From: Flaccisagitta enflata
Taxonomy: Eukaryota
Reading direction: 5' to 3'
Assembly (NCBI GenBank): GCA_965153355.1
Contig: OZ231126.1
Coordinates: 26,784,001 to 26,848,000 of the forward strand
DNA: 64,000 nucleotides
Shown: piece by piece, positions 15,514 through 32,929 of the stretch
Layout of the letters: each line of letters opens with the position of its first letter
Position numbering within the stretch: the stretch's first letter is position 1
The notes under the pieces: generated by a model
Database searches by the model: none
What the model was told of the DNA's origin: nothing
What the model saw: only the letters and a program-made list of their open reading frames with translations
Program-made: the position numbers and the translations under genes

Positions 15514-16106
15514 CACGGGATTACAAGTGCATCAGCCAAAAAGACGTAACACGGGATGGGGATTACAATTACATCAGCCAATAAAACGTAACACAGGATT
15601 ACAATTGCATCAGCTAAAAAGATGTAACACGGAATTACTTTTGCATCGGTTAAAGAGACATGAGATGGGATTACAAGTGCATCAGCCAAAGAGATGTAAC
15701 ATGGGATTACAAGTGCATCGACCAAACAGACGTAACATGGGAATACAAGTGCATCGGCCAAAGAGATTACACAGGGTTACATGTGCATTGGGCAATGAGA
15801 CGTAACACGGGATTACAAGTGCATTGGCAAAAGAGATTACACAGGATGTCATGTGCATCACGCGAAAGGACGTAACACGGAATTACAAGTGCATTGTCAA
15901 AGGGACGTAAAACGGGATTACTAATGCATTAGGCAAAGGGATATACCACAGGATTACAAGTGCAACGGGCGATGAGATGCAACACGGGATTACAAGAGCA
16001 ACGGGTAAAGAGACGTAACACGGGATTACAAGAGCATTGGGCGATGAGATGTAATACGGGATTACAAGTGCATCGGCCAAAGAGACGTAACACGGGATTA
16101 CAAGTG
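15514..16106. repeat. ~36-bp minisatellite (ACACGGGATTACAAGTGCATCGGCCAAAGAGACGTA)
   Basis: About 16 diverged tandem copies. Confidence 0.9.
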
Positions 16107-16282
16107 AAAAGAAGTGACCATAATTGCATAAAGTTTGATGCCAAGGGCCGATGAAGAGGATGAAGATGATGAGGAAGAGGATGAAGAGGATTTCTCGAGG
16201 CGAGAATCTCAACGTCATCGTCACCCTGGCAAAACACGATTTGCATAGATAGTCGCGATGGGATTGACACATGAAGGAATAG

Positions 16283-16468
<186 letters not shown>

Positions 16469-18179
16469 GACCAACAAATGCCGCGAGATCACATTCAAAA
16501 GTTATGGATATCTGATAAGCACCGGATTTCAGTTGTGTGTGGGCCTTGGCCATGTGTCCTTTTTGAAAATTCGGTGACGGTTTTGCATGTCGCTGCTCTG
16601 CGTAAGCAGCAACTAACGTTATTAGACAGGCATGGAAAACCTTATAAGATATACCTTATCGAATTGTTGGTTAGCTGTTTCATAACTTAACTTATTATTC
16701 CCCTTATTTCTAAATTTCTAACCTCAAACTAGAGGCTTAGACTGTTTCATGCATCAGTTTTACACTTCCCATCCTGTCTGTCCAAGTGAAAATAACCGAA
16801 GACATTCAGCTCATAAGGAATTTAAAAGTAGTGCCTCCCTTCCCAAGATCCCAAACTCTGTACTCATTACATTACATGTGTTAAAAAAGAAAAGTGTCTT
16901 TGTGTGCGTTGTCCATTTGCGTTGTATTCGTTATATTCTTCTGACAGTGATCAAAGATACCTAAATTTTTAATGAATGATAGTAGATTACTCTCTAGTTT
17001 CTAACCGTTTTCTCGCCGCAAATATGCATTAACTATCACCAGCAACAGCCCTCCTCCCCCACCACTTGGACCCCATTAAAAAAGGGGTAAAGACCACCCA
17101 AAACAGAACACCAGATGATGTGAAACAAGAGAGAAAAGAATCACTTAACATTATGAATGTGAAATCGACGTTTCAATTTTGATGAATGGGACTATTTTTC
17201 TCAATTTGTTTTTAAATGGTTCCTATTTTTTTTCTCATGGGGGAAAATCAATGATCAGCCTGATTTATTACATCTGTCGATGGGGGAAAGAGATTGGGTA
17301 CAAAATGGGTAACATTGGGTCGCGTTCTCGCTGGGGTGGCCAAAAATGTCCAATACTATCAGAAAGCATTTACGAAATAATATGGGTTATATTCTATTAA
17401 AACCTAGTAAGCAAAAAAGCAGTTTAAGGGTGGGGGGTCGTTCTTGAGGGTAATCTCTGATTTAAAACAAAAAGTAATAGTTACTCCTCTATCGTTAACA
17501 TGGCAATTAAACAACCAATGACTTAAAAGTATGTACAAATCTTCATTTTCATCTTCGGAGGAATAGAAAGCCCTTCTTAGGCTGCGACCATGTACGCACT
17601 CCGCATATTTTCAACAACGATTGAGAAAAGACATGATGAAAATGGATTGGATTGTCATTTTGGGTGGCCTCTAAAGATGTCGGGAAACAGAATTCTAATC
17701 GAAATCAGTGCTATGGCATGGCAAATGATTAATATGACACTTTGATGTATGAAAGCATGAAGATAAAGCACGAGAGATCTTGAGTCAAAAATTCTTTCCA
17801 ATGAGGACTGTGAGTTTTGAGCCTTAGTGTTCAGAAGATCGAATTGAGTCTCTCCTCATTTCGTTTTTCATTGGTTGCAGTTAAGCACAGATTGCAGTTT
17901 TCAATTCTAACCCTCATGCATTGTCTTTTATTCGTCATCCAAAAAGAGGCAACATAGTCACACAGCAACCATATTTATTTTTGATTAAGATACAAAAAAA
18001 TGAAGAATAGATAAGAAAGAGCACAAAAAATTCATGGGAAAATGATCCCTTTCCCTGTTCAGCGAGATTGATACCAGTAAAGCAGGAATGGATCCGTCGA
18101 CAGCCCTGTAATTAGGTTACTGTTTGAATAAGATTGAGTCACTGAAATTATGGTAAAGTGAAAAAAAGAACAACTTAAA

Positions 18180-18410
18180 TATTAGAAGGGGCTCAACTTG
18201 GGCATAACAATGAAACATTATTTCCAAGCACTTTCCATGTTCCATTTGCATAATTTGAGCCCTCTCTCATTGGAAATTTAATACGGACTTGATCTAGGCA
18301 TTTCGTAATCAATGCTTCAGTTGTATAGAATAACTATGGAAGAAATTTTCTCTTAAATTTCAGCACTGTTTTCTATTCAACTACAGCATTGATTACGGAA
18401 TGCCCAAAAT
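18180..18410 (+). repeat. dispersed repeat, second copy at ~43006-43230
   Basis: Shared motifs GGGCTCAA.TTGGGCAT..AATGAAA.ATTATTTCCA.GCACTTT, CTCATTGGAAA, TGATCTAGGCA and CAACTACAGCATTGA. Confidence 0.7.
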
Positions 18411-19509
18411 GAGCCCATTCTATTAAATATAGGTAATAAGCAGGTAAAATGATGTTGACTGACACTCGACCAAAGTCGTTTTAATTTGCGATAAGTAAAG
18501 GAGACTTTTTCGTAACGTCATGTTTGAAAAAAAAAAGGCAAGCCACAAAAAAAGACTAATGGACTTTTCGAAGTTACGTTGGTTCTCTTGTTGTTAATCG
18601 CTTGGAAACAAGATAAGGCGCGGAGATTAGCGCTGTTAGACTCAGAACCAGGCTTCCAACTCCTAACCCACTTGACAACGTGAAATTCCTTCTGTCGTGA
18701 GTGATTGCAGGAGACACGAGGGCTACGACCAGGTGATGTGTGACAAGATTAGGGTGACAAGTGAAATGTGTCGGGAGGTAGGGGTTGTGGCTCAAAAAAA
18801 CGGGGACTTTTCTTCTTCCTCTTCTTCCCGGTCTTATTTTTTTTTCTTAACCTTTTTCTTTTTCTCTTTCTCTTTCTTGTTTTCATTCTATTTTTCTTCT
18901 CCTTCTCCTTATTTCTTTTTGTTTTTCTGTTTTCTTTCTTTGTCTTTTTCTTTTTCTTTTTCTTTTTCTTTTTATTTTTCTTTTTCTTTTTCTTTTTCTT
19001 TTTCTTTTTCTTTTTCTTTTCTTTTTCTTTTTCTTTTTCTTTTTCTTTTTCTTTTTCGTTTTTTTTTTCTTTCTTTTTCTTTTTCTTTTTTTTTCTTTTT
19101 CTTTTCCTCTTTCTTCTTCTTTTTCTTTTTCTTTTTTTTTCTTTCTTTTTCTTTTTCTTTTCCTCCTTCTTCCTCTTGCACTTATCCTCTATCTGTCATT
19201 TCTCTGTGCTGTTTAAGTGAAACACGTATCATTATTTCTGTTTTAGTGGTGTTATCACCCGAATTATCTTCACCCTTGTGATTCCCCTTGAAACTGACAC
19301 TCATTTCCGATGAAAAATGATTTCTGTTTCGCGTTGGGTTAAAAATGGTTGAAAACTCGGTTCTCTCTCGTTATTATTTCGATCTCGTTTTCACAATCTT
19401 CGTTTTCAAGTAATTAATCAATTTTGCCGTCAACATCGTTCTCGAAAAAAGATTCGTCAGTCCGGTCACCCAGGATGACCACCCGGGATGTAAGACGAAG
19501 AACGCGAGA

Positions 19510-20410
19510 GACATGGACGTGATAGAGACGCGTTGTAGATGCGACAGTGATGCGTTATGGAGGCGACAGGGATTCATCATAGATGTGACAGGGATGCGGT
19601 ATAGATGTAAATGCAACGCGTCATAGATGCGACAGGGATACATCATGGATGTGACAGTTATGCGTTATGGATGCATCATGGATGCGTTATGGATGCGATA
19701 GGGATTCATAGATGTGATAGGGATGCGTCGAAAATGTAAATGGAACGCGTCATGCATGCGGCAGGGATGTGTCATAGATGGGATGAGACATGTCATAGAT
19801 GCAACGGGGATGCATCATAGATGTTAATGGAATGTGTCATAGATGTAACTGGGATGTGTCATAGATATAGATGCAATGGGGATGCATCATGTATGCGACA
19901 GAGACGCGTCATAGATGTGACAGTTATGCATTACGGATGCAGCAGGGATGTGTCATAGATGTAAATGGGATGTGTCATACATAGATATAGATGCAATGGG
20001 GATGCATCATGTATGCGACAGGGACGCGTCATAGATGTGACAGTTATGCATTACGGATGCAGCAGGGATGTGTCATAGATGTGAATGGGATGTGTCATAG
20101 CTATAGATGCAATGGGGATGCATCATGTATGCGACAGGGACGCGTCATAGATGTGACAGTTATGCATTACGGATGCAGCAGGGATGTGTCATAGATGTGA
20201 ATGGGATGTGTCATAGATATAGATGCAATGGGGATGCATCATGTATGCGACAGGGACACGTCATAGATGTGACAGTTATGCATTACAGATGCAGCAGGGA
20301 TGTGTCATAGATGAGAATGGAACACACCATAGATGGGGCGGCGATGTGACATGCATGCGACAGGGATGTGACATGGATACGACAGGGATGTGACATGGAT
20401 GCATTATAGG
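19510..20410. repeat. ~22-bp minisatellite with ~116-bp higher-order repeat
   Basis: GATGCGACAGGGATGCGTCATA variants; ATGCAATGGGGATGCATC recurs at 19871, 19991, 20107 and 20223. Confidence 0.9.
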
Positions 20411-20958
20411 GGCAGCAGGATCGCGACCAGTGTGTTAAAGGAAAGCGTAAAGCATGCTACAGGGACACAACAAGGACTCTACAGAGACGGACCAGAAACA
20501 TGCCAGTAGTGCCAGAGACATCTGTCAGTAATGTGGCAGGAATGCGACAGCGACGTGATTGAAACGCATTGAAATGCATCATGGATGAAAATGAGACGCA
20601 ACAGCAACGCCAGAGGTTTCAAGGTTATTGCAGATTAAGAGAAATGACGCAGTAATTACGTTTACAAAGCACAGCAAGGCAGGCAGGCAGCGGCCTCTAG
20701 CCTAGTCTAGGCTCGTAAGTAGAAAAACCTCCGAGGCCCAAAAATACATATGGGTCACCTTCTTTGGGGCTCTCGGACTTGAAGCCACGATCAACAATGG
20801 ACTCGAGCTTGAAGCTCCACAATTTTTTTTCAGCCACAGCCTGATTAGACTAACAAGACAATCTGGAGCTGTATATGCCAAGGGACTCATCTTCGTAGAC
20901 ACAAAACAACCTTTTTTTTTCAGGTTGCCACAGTCCTGACATGAAAGGTTGGGCTTGA

Positions 20959-21019
<61 letters not shown>

Positions 21020-21128
21020 TTTTTTTGTGTTTAAACTTCTCATCAGCGATTCCGTTTTCTTCTTATCTCAAAGCAGCAAAAGTTGATGGGTAAAGACTTT
21101 TTTGAATTCATGTATGGAAAGAGGAGCT

Positions 21129-21340
<212 letters not shown>

Positions 21341-21659
21341 AATACTGTAATAGCCATGAAATTAGGCGGTGGACTGGGGAGAAGGGACTGAGGAAAGAAT
21401 GTACGCGTACGGAGTTCATGAGAAACAACGAAAGGTGTTTTGTATTTAAAGCGAGGCACATTATCGCAATGAGAGCATGTTTTGAACGTGAATTCATAAT
21501 TATGAATGAATTGAGAATGCAAGCTGATGATTTTGGTCATGAATGACGCAGTAAATTGTGAAAAATTGTATATTGGATGGAGAGTTGGTCATTTCTCATT
21601 TCCTCCATCTTACTTGCCTCCCGACAGGAATTCTTTCACAGGTTCACTCATTCGTTATT

Positions 21660-22431
<772 letters not shown>

Positions 22432-24234
22432 GAGTCATTATTTCATATTCTTTTGTGATGTATTGAATACTGAAACCATTCTATCATTCTTCACAACAGA
22501 TTTTATCTCTTTCGTATGTGACTTTTCAAAAATTGATGATCATTGATTGATAACTTTGTCCTTGAGACCGCCAACGAACATTTGTCTTACATTCATTCGT
22601 TGGTGGCTTTATTTTCATTTTAGGGAATAATCCCTTTGTATCTATCATCGGACAAAACTTTCGATAACTCAATTTGCGCTTAATCCGTTTACATTTCGTC
22701 ATCGGACCTCGAACCAACAAGTGTGACTTTCTTCTTTTTTTGTCTTTTTTTTCAATATTTGCTCTTTCAGTTTCTTATGAAAACACTCTTTTCTCCATTA
22801 TTCTTCGTAATTTCCTTGCTTTTCCTTAATTCCATTCTTCTCTTCTCGCGTTCTCTTTTTTTTCTTCAGTTGTTCACCCTCTAAAATGGGATTAAGGGGG
22901 TGGAGCCTGGCTTCCGTTCCTTGTCAACTCGCGAGAGTCCACAGTAAATAAATTAAGTCAATTTAATCGAATTTAAAAGCAGTAAGTTAAACTGGCGACG
23001 CGCGGCGGCGATGGATAGGAGGAAAATGAAGAGGAGCAAGAGGTGGAAGAGGAGGAAAAGAGGCGGCATCGGAGAAGGATAATCCCCAGTTTATCCCGGC
23101 TTTATCCCACTTTTAGACACTATAGGTCAGTCAGCCGTGTTATTTTAGGCAATGAGAGAGGTAAATGAAAAGGAAGGAGGAAAAAGAGTAAGGAAGAAGG
23201 GAGAAAGGAGGAGAAGAAGAATATTAAAGAAGAAAGGAAGGAGAAAAGGAAAGAGAAAAAGAAAAATAAAAAGAAGAAGAAGGAGAAGAAAGGAAGGAGA
23301 AAAAGAAGGAGAAAAAGAAAAAGAAAAAGAAAAAGAAAAAGAAGGAGAGGAAGAGGAGGAAGAATAAGAGGAAGAAGAAGAAGAAAAAGAAGAAAAAGAA
23401 GAAGAAGAAGAAAAAGAAAAAAGAAAAAGAAGAAGAAGAAGAAGAAGACGAAGAAGAAGAAGAAGAAGAAGAAGAAGAAGACGAAGACGAAGACGAAGAC
23501 GAAGGCGAAGACGAGGTAGTAGAAGAAGAAGAAGAAGAAGAAGAAGAAGAAGAAGAAGAAGAAGAAGAAGAAGAAGAAGAAGAAGAAGAAGAAGAAGATT
23601 AAGAAGGAGAAGGAGAAGAAGAAGAAGAAAACGCAGGAGAAGGAGGAGGAGAAGAAGGAGAAGAAGAAGAAGGAGAAGGAGAAGGATAAGAGGAAGTGAA
23701 AGAAGAAGAAAAGAAAAAAGAAAATAAGGAGAAAGGGAGGAGACGCGTTAAACACCAAAGTTGAGCTTAGTTTAAATTTTGAGTTATGTTTGCATTGAAA
23801 GATAATATATCGAGATTATAAGATGTCTTCGTCATTGTGTCAGAGTTACCGAATTCATTCCAACATACCTGGTTACAACCATTGTGGCTCGTCATCAATG
23901 TCACTATTGTCATCATTGTCACCGTTGTTACGATTGTCATCATTGTCACTGTTGTTACGATTGTCATCATTATCACCGTTGTCGCCATTGTCATCATCGC
24001 GATTGTGACTGACATTTGAGAGGCTCAAAAACCTCTCGAAATGCCGCCGTATTCATTTTTTCAGCTTCTATTGTTTTTAGTTCCTATTCATCTCATTGAC
24101 TTTTGTCGCTAAAATCTTGAAAAAGGAGAAAAATTGTCTTTTAAGTTTTGGTTGTTACTTTGTTAATCTTTTCCCCTCATTTCCTCCAAAACCCTTTCTT
24201 TTGAATGTATTCTTTATAAGTGCAAAACGCCATT

Positions 24235-24285
<51 letters not shown>

Positions 24286-24289
24286 ACCC

Positions 24290-24329
<40 letters not shown>

Positions 24330-24711
24330 CTCCTATGTCGGTCCGTCGGTTGGTTGGTCGGTCGGTCGGTCCTATTTTTACTTATCGGCGTCTTTGAGCT
24401 TTTTGAGCATACGGCTCCTGCCCAGATGCCCTTGTGACCTTCTTCCGCAATACTCCTGCCCACCCGCACGCGACTAGGGTAGCCGTGTAAATGGCCTTGT
24501 TTTTTTTCTGGCTCGTTCCTTCTTCGTAATTTTAGCTGCTGTCAAACGTAATTAACTGAAAAGGGAAGAGAAAGAGAAATACAAAGAAGAAGGAAAGCTA
24601 AAGTAAGCAACAATGAAATTCCACGCAAGAAAGAAAAAGGACCAGGAATTAGAAAAAAACCGAATCTATACTCTATAGTGGTGTCATACAGTTGAACCTC
24701 GCTTTAAGATT

Positions 24712-25685
<974 letters not shown>

Positions 25686-26080
25686 GACCCGTCCCTTACG
25701 GAATTCCGCCCATATTGGATGGAAATTCTCTGTCATTCAAATGTATTTCTTGTATTGGCTATAACAATATTCTGCTTATAAGTTTTATCAGATATGGTTT
25801 GTTAATCCTTTGAAATCTGTATTTATGTTCCATCTGCTACAGTATCTTGTAGTTGTTGATGACGTTGTTTTTAGATTTTCGCAATTAACTCGTTCGGACA
25901 GAAGGTTTTTCTCGTTTTCAAGTATCATTGATTCATTAATATCTTTTTTTCCAATATTCCATCCCATCTGTGCCTCTGTGTCTCTATTACTCTGTCACTT
26001 TGTACACTCTCTCTCTGCATAATCATAGCGTCGTCAAGTCATCTTTCGGAATTGTGCCGTGGACGTCTTGGCTCTCTCTC

Positions 26081-26185
<105 letters not shown>

Positions 26186-26432
26186 TTGTCACTCTCGTTC
26201 TCTTCTACCGTCAGTCCATGTCACATGTCAGAATATGTCAAGACATGTCAATGTTTCTCCTCGGATTCTAATGATGGATCACTTTCCCCTCCAGCTCCTC
26301 CTCCTCCTCCTACTTTTCTGTGGAGAAATTTCAGAACTCCCGAGTCCAGGCCAGAGAGAGAAACTTTGGAGATGCGAAAACCTAACTTCGAATAATTTTG
26401 TCAATTTGCCCTAAGGGCAGAGAGAGAGAGAG

Positions 26433-26516
<84 letters not shown>

Positions 26517-27540
26517 GCAATTTTATGTTCCGAAAACATTAAACAGTACCATCTATCTATTTATTGCAAATGGAAGTCAACTTGGATGGTTATTTCGCAT
26601 CTTTTAGCGTGATAAAGGAGGCTAACAATATATCGTCGCGAATGGGGGGAAAGGACGGAAATGCGGGTTTTTACCCTTTTCAACTTGAGCAATACGGATC
26701 GAGTCAGCTACTAGTGAAACTTGATTCTTTACACTTAAGGAGGCGAAGAGTGAGAATCTAAAAAAGTTAAGATCCAGTAACAGAGGAACGCTTCATTGGA
26801 CATGAGAAATAAAGTACGTGGGACCGAAATAGTATCATCATTTGCATATCGCAGTCGTGATATCTTTCCGTTCGCTCTCACTTTATAAGAGGTAGGAAGG
26901 TAGAATTCATTTCTCACTGCGCTTAAAAAACAAAATCAGTTGAATAGAAAATGCATTTAGAAATGATGATATTCATTCGTGATGATTGAATTTACTACGC
27001 TAAATCATTAGGGTATAATGTGTTTCCCTATCTTCAATCATTTATGAGACATGAGGAAGCTGTTAGGGTGGAATGTTATGTGCCGTATCAACGCGGCGAA
27101 GTTTCTCTCGACCGAGACTGGCAGCCCACGCGCTGGTTCGACGTGACGATCAGTGGGCCTCGGCCCGCTCGCACTCTCTCTTTAAGTATGCTGACTGGGC
27201 ATCTCTGAGCGCCATCTTGGTAGCATTTTTTTTATATGGGTCCAAATGGCGGTGAGGAGGTGCCGCAAATTGCGTAAAAGAGGAGTAAAAGACATACAGA
27301 CGGACGATTCAACTGAAACGGTGGGTAGCAACACCTAGTGTGCCAACATTTGAGATCATCTTTAGTCGGGGACAAGCGATTCTATAAGAGGCTGTGTCCG
27401 TCCGTTTGTCCGTCCGGGGTCACCGAGTTAAAAAAAAAAGCGAAAACGCGCATTTCCGTCGCTGCCCACCCGTCCGCGACTGGTATTGGCCGTGTTTCTG
27501 GCCTTGTTTTTTCTTTTCCCCATCTCGTCTTCCTTCTTCC

Positions 27541-28054
27541 TTTTTGGGCAGCGGCCCCAAAGGGCCGATGTCCTGTAGGACACAGGGGTGAAATTCCAGA
27601 CGTCCGTACGTCCGTCCGTACGTCCCCCTCCCCCGAGGCTACTCGGGCCCCTCTTGGACCTCAAATAAGCCCTCTCAGGCCTCAAATCAGCCCTCTCGGG
27701 CCCCAAATCAGCCCTTTCAGACCCCAAATCAACCCTCTCACACCTCAAATTAGCCCTCTCAGGCCCCTGATCAGCCCTCTCAGATCAAAAATTAACCCTT
27801 TCATATCAGAAATCAACCCTCTGAGGTCCAAAATGAGCTCTCAGGCCCAAAATCAGCCCCTTCAACCCCCTGCTCCACGGAATCAAATGCCTTCAAATGT
27901 GGCCCCTCAGGACGTCTGAAAATTCACCCCTGTGTCCTACTGGACATCGGCCCTTTGGGGCCGCTGCCCTGCTCTCACCTCACTCTTTCAGCTGATCGCT
28001 CCAAGCAGGGCATCGGGTACCGCTGACCATGTGCGATCCTTGGATGACTAGTTT
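27541..28054 (+). mobile_element. HINE-like element, family A
   Basis: Same termini, inverted repeats and 21-bp internal array (CCTCAAATCAGCCCTCTCAGG) as 8533-9099. Diverged or truncated relatives are at ~30885-30980, 40947-41742, 41932-42230 and 43681-44010. Confidence 0.7.
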
Positions 28055-28526
28055 AAAATACCGTGTGTCTCTAGGTCCGTCCGTGCGAAGGTCAGTCCGT
28101 TGGTCAATTATGTAGTTTTTGGATGGTGAAAAAACGGCTGAAATAGGGATATTTGAGAATTATTGCCCCTGCCCAGTGCCCAACTGTGGGCGACTGCTTA
28201 TTGGCAGTGTATACTCTATCATCTTCTGTTCTAGAGGCAACGTTCTTCCGTCCGTCGGTATTGCTTGGGTTGAAAACTGCCCTGCTCCTGTCCAGTTTCC
28301 ACCCGTCCGCGACTGATATTGGCCGGGTATCTCCCTTTGTTCATGTTATAATATTTCTTTTCTCAAAGACGACATTGCAGAGTCAACCAAGTATGAATGA
28401 CCAACTGAGTTTAAACCAACCAAGTATGAATGCTTTTTCTCTTTTGTTTCGTGCAATCTCCCTTTTCTTTTTAAACTTTTTTTTTCTTGACTCTTTCTCT
28501 CTCTCTCTTTCTCTTTCTCTTTCTCT

Positions 28527-28606
<80 letters not shown>

Positions 28607-28698
28607 CTGGCGGGCTGGAGGGCCGATGGCAACGGGAGTCAAAAATGGTCGTGAACTCCCGTGGAAACTCGCAGCATGAGACCCTTCCGCTGGAAGAG

Positions 28699-28746
<48 letters not shown>

Positions 28747-29791
28747 GAGAGACAGACAGACAGACAGAGACAGAGAGAGAAATAGAGAAACAGAGAAACA
28801 GAGACAGAGAAAGTAGAGAAAGAAAGAAAAGATAGAGAAAGGGAGTCAAACAGACAGACAGAAAGAAAGAAAAGAAAGAAAGAAAAGAAAGAAAGAAAGA
28901 AAGAAAAAGAAAAAGAAAGAAAGAAGAAGAAGAGAAAGAAAGAAAGAAAGAAAGAAAATTAGAAAGAAAATTAGAAAGAAGGGGAGAGAATGAGCCGGCG
29001 TTTCTGCCGTCGGCTCTTCAACGCTGTCGGCGGTCCACAATTCAAAGAAATAAAAAGCAAAACAAAAAAAAATCAAAAGAAAAGAGAAAAGTCAAGAAAG
29101 ATAAAGGGAAAGAAAAGAGAGGACAAATAGAATTGCATTGATTGTCGGCCATCTTGTATTTCTTTTTTCACGCTGAGTTGAGTTTTCATTGATGACTTCC
29201 AATAATCCTCATTCAACAACAACAACAACAGCTATGATCCTTCACTCACACACATAGAAATCCCCGATCCGTAACCGTAAAAGTTTGATTTGTTGAATAA
29301 TGAATCAGTACATTGCTTAATCTTATTGCAGTTAGGAATGAAGTGGAGTCGCGCAATTTTGATTTGTATGTTTACAGTTCTAAATTAGTGTTGTTTTTGT
29401 TTCTATCAGTGATGATTTTGACAAATGAGCAATTGTTTAACATTTTCCACATAAGAGTACATCTCAGAGTATGACCACTACTCCATAAATGACCATACAT
29501 TAGAAATCCAGCCTGATTACGTCCATGGATTTAGGATGACAGCCATCACTGACGAACAATCATGTCATGACATTCATGAACTTATCGTTATTCCAAATAT
29601 TGATGAAATAATAACTAGTACTACTGAAAACGACGTCAGAAACGCAGTACAGGACTGAAAAAGATGAAAGACACTGAACAATGAATTTCTCGTCATGGGA
29701 AGAACTTTCTCCGCCATGACTACAGATCTTATTCAAACTTTTTTTTTCTTTCTCCTATTCTCTCCCAGAGTCGTTGTTCCAGTTTGACATT

Positions 29792-29898
<107 letters not shown>

Positions 29899-30055
29899 CC
29901 CTTAGGTCGTCTGTATCCTCCCATTCAGTTCATGTCAAAGATTCTCTTCTTTTTTTCTTTGAACCTCTTTTCCTTTCTTTTTTCTTCTTCCACTTCTTCT
30001 TTTCCTTTCTCTTTTTTGTTCTCCCTTTTCTTCTTGTTCTTGTTCTTCTACATGC

Positions 30056-30105
<50 letters not shown>

Positions 30106-31056
30106 TTCTTCTTCTTCTTCTTCTTCTTCTTCTACTTCTTCTTCTTCCTCTTTCTCTTCTTCCTCATCTTTTCCTCCTTCTTCTATCTCTTCTTCTTCGT
30201 TCTCTTCTTCTTTCTCTTCGTTCTCTCCTTCTCCTTCTTCTTCTTCGTTCTCTTCTTCTTCCTCTTCGTTCTCTCCTTCTCCTTCTTCATCTTCTTCTTC
30301 TTCTTCTTCTTTTTCCTCTCTTCTTTTTCTTCTTCTTCTTCTTCTTCTTCTTCTTCTTCTTCTTCTTCTTCTTCTTTTTCTTCTTCTTCTTTTTCTTCTT
30401 CTTCTTCTTCTTCTTCCTCTCCCTCTTTTTCGTCTCCCGTCCTCCTGATGTTTGTCGCCATTTTTTTTTCATTTCGACTTTGTTTGACACCGGTTTTAGC
30501 CATATCTGGCAACTTGGAGGCCCCTGCTGTGTACTTGGATGCAAAATGGATTCAAACGGTTTTTCTCTTTTTCTTTCTAGCTTTCTTTCTTCTCTTTCTC
30601 ACTCGGTTACTTTTACTTTTACTTATACTTTTCTTTGTTTCTTTATTTGTACGATTGTTAATTTGTTTATTCATATGTTTGTTCATTTATTTTGTTTTTT
30701 TTTTTGTCAATTTCTTTTTTGATACTTTGTAAATGCTTCCCCTCCTCGTGGTGTAAATTATTGATATCCACTCTACCCCTAAATTCCATTATGAGGCGTG
30801 TATCATATCTTTTTTCAATCACATATGACTAAGGTTTTATTTCTTTAGGACGTTGCAATTATCTTTAATCCCTGTGATTAAGCATTTTTGGACAGCGGCC
30901 CCGAAGAGGACAAAGTCCTGTAGAACACAGAGGGATTTTTGTTCGTCCATTCGTCCGTTCGTTCGTTAGTCCCCCTCAGGGATGATTAACAGCACCTTTC
31001 ATTATAGGATTCCAGCGTCATCATTGATCTTTTCTCTCTCTTTCCTTTCTCTGCAG

Positions 31057-31754
31057 CCGCGACCATCGCCGCAGCGGCCGCGGCAGCCTCAGCCGGCGCC
31101 AACGCCAACGGCAGCGGCCCCTTCGCTTACAACTCCGGGTCTCTAGGCGTCAATGGCGCTTCTTCGCCCCACAGCGCCATCAATGGCATCAACAACGCCA
31201 ACAACGGCGTCGCTAACAACAACGGCATCAGTGTCAACAACAACAACAACAACAACGGCATCAATGCCAACAACAACAATAACAATAACGCCAACAACAA
31301 TAACAACTTGGGACGTACGAATTTCACGAATAAACAATTGACGGAATTGGAAAAGGAATTTCACTTCAACAAATACTTGACTCGAGCTCGAAGGATCGAA
31401 ATCGCGACGACTTTGGGCCTCAACGAGACTCAAGTCAAAATTTGGTTTCAAAACCGAAGAATGAAACAGAAAAAGAGACAAAAAGAAGCGAAATTCAACA
31501 GCGAAAACGCCGAGATTCTGGCGGCGGCGCATTCCGCCAACACCGGCGCCAATCTGAACAACAATGGCAATAACGGTAACGCCGCGTCAAAAGGCGCCGG
31601 AAATAATAACGAGAATCACAACGCCGAGATGACGTCGGCGTCGCCGACGGCGGATGACGCCGGGACGAATCACGGCAGTCCGGAAAGCGGGGCCGGAAAT
31701 GGAGATACGGCGCCAATGACGCCTGATAACAACGCCAAAATAGAAATGGACTAA
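31057..31754 (+). CDS. lab: labial/Hox1 exon 2 (linker, homeodomain ~31302-31481, C-terminus)
   Basis: A strong polypyrimidine tract and CTGCAG acceptor end at 31056. The phase-1 join G|CC keeps frame with exon 1. The exon encodes [56 protein letters not shown], diagnostic of paralogy group 1. Stop TAA is at 31752-31754. Confidence 0.95.
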
Positions 31755-31801
31755 CGACGACGACGACGACGACGACGACGACATCTACGACGACATCTAC
31801 G

Positions 31802-31886
<85 letters not shown>

Positions 31887-32269
31887 GATGCAAAATTCGC
31901 TGTTTATCTTACTAAAAAGCTGCGGACCATGGAACCGACCGAAAGACCATCTTTTTTATAAACTAACGCGGGCAGTTACAAAACAATCGTATGCGCATTG
32001 AAAACACTTGTCAAATGTACGAATACTGAGAATTTTAGTAAGAAAACCTGAAAAAAACCAATTCGGTTTGGCATTAATGAAAATGACGTAAATTCAATAT
32101 ACACACCGGATGTTTCGAGCTTGTATCGTCCCTATGAATGTACGCCCTTTGACAACAATTGTACTTCTTTGCTCAATTCAATGAATGTTGAAATCCTCAA
32201 TCTCAGGATACCCTTGTATGTTTTCCTTTGTGCCGTTACACTTTTTCACCCTTTTCTTCTTTTTTTTTT

Positions 32270-32345
<76 letters not shown>

Positions 32346-32454
32346 GTTTTCTTTCTTTCTTTCTTGCTTGCTTTCTTTCTTCCTTTCTTTCTTTCTTCCT
32401 TTCTTTCTTCCTTTCTTTCTTCCTTTCTTCTTTTCTTTCCTCTCTCTCTCGCTC

Positions 32455-32558
<104 letters not shown>

Positions 32559-32929
32559 ATATAAACACTCTGTTGCCGTTTATAAAACTACACAATCCAC
32601 CTGGCCTTTGATTTGGTCAGTTCGTTTTTGTTTACACGAAACAGTCTGTCAATCTGTCTCAGTCTGTCAAACACCCCGCATCACAACTTACATTCGTAAT
32701 GTATAAATTTCGAATCCGTTCTTTATATCTCCCCGTCGTCTCCTTCTCTTTTACCCCCTCTCTTTCTTTAAGGCTTATCATATCACTCAATACCCCCCCC
32801 CCCCACCCGGCCCCCTCCCATGCCCTCTCACTCTCGCGTCGTTTTCCTGCATCAACTTATTTATTTTTGGCTAAAAGCGGCCTAATTCTTGGACAACCGT
32901 TCGACTTCCAAAACTGGAAAACCCATATA

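Noticed and set aside
15514-16106. 36-bp periodic repeat resembling a CRISPR array
   Set aside because: The whole unit repeats with no unique spacers, there are no cas genes, and the context is eukaryotic. It is a minisatellite.
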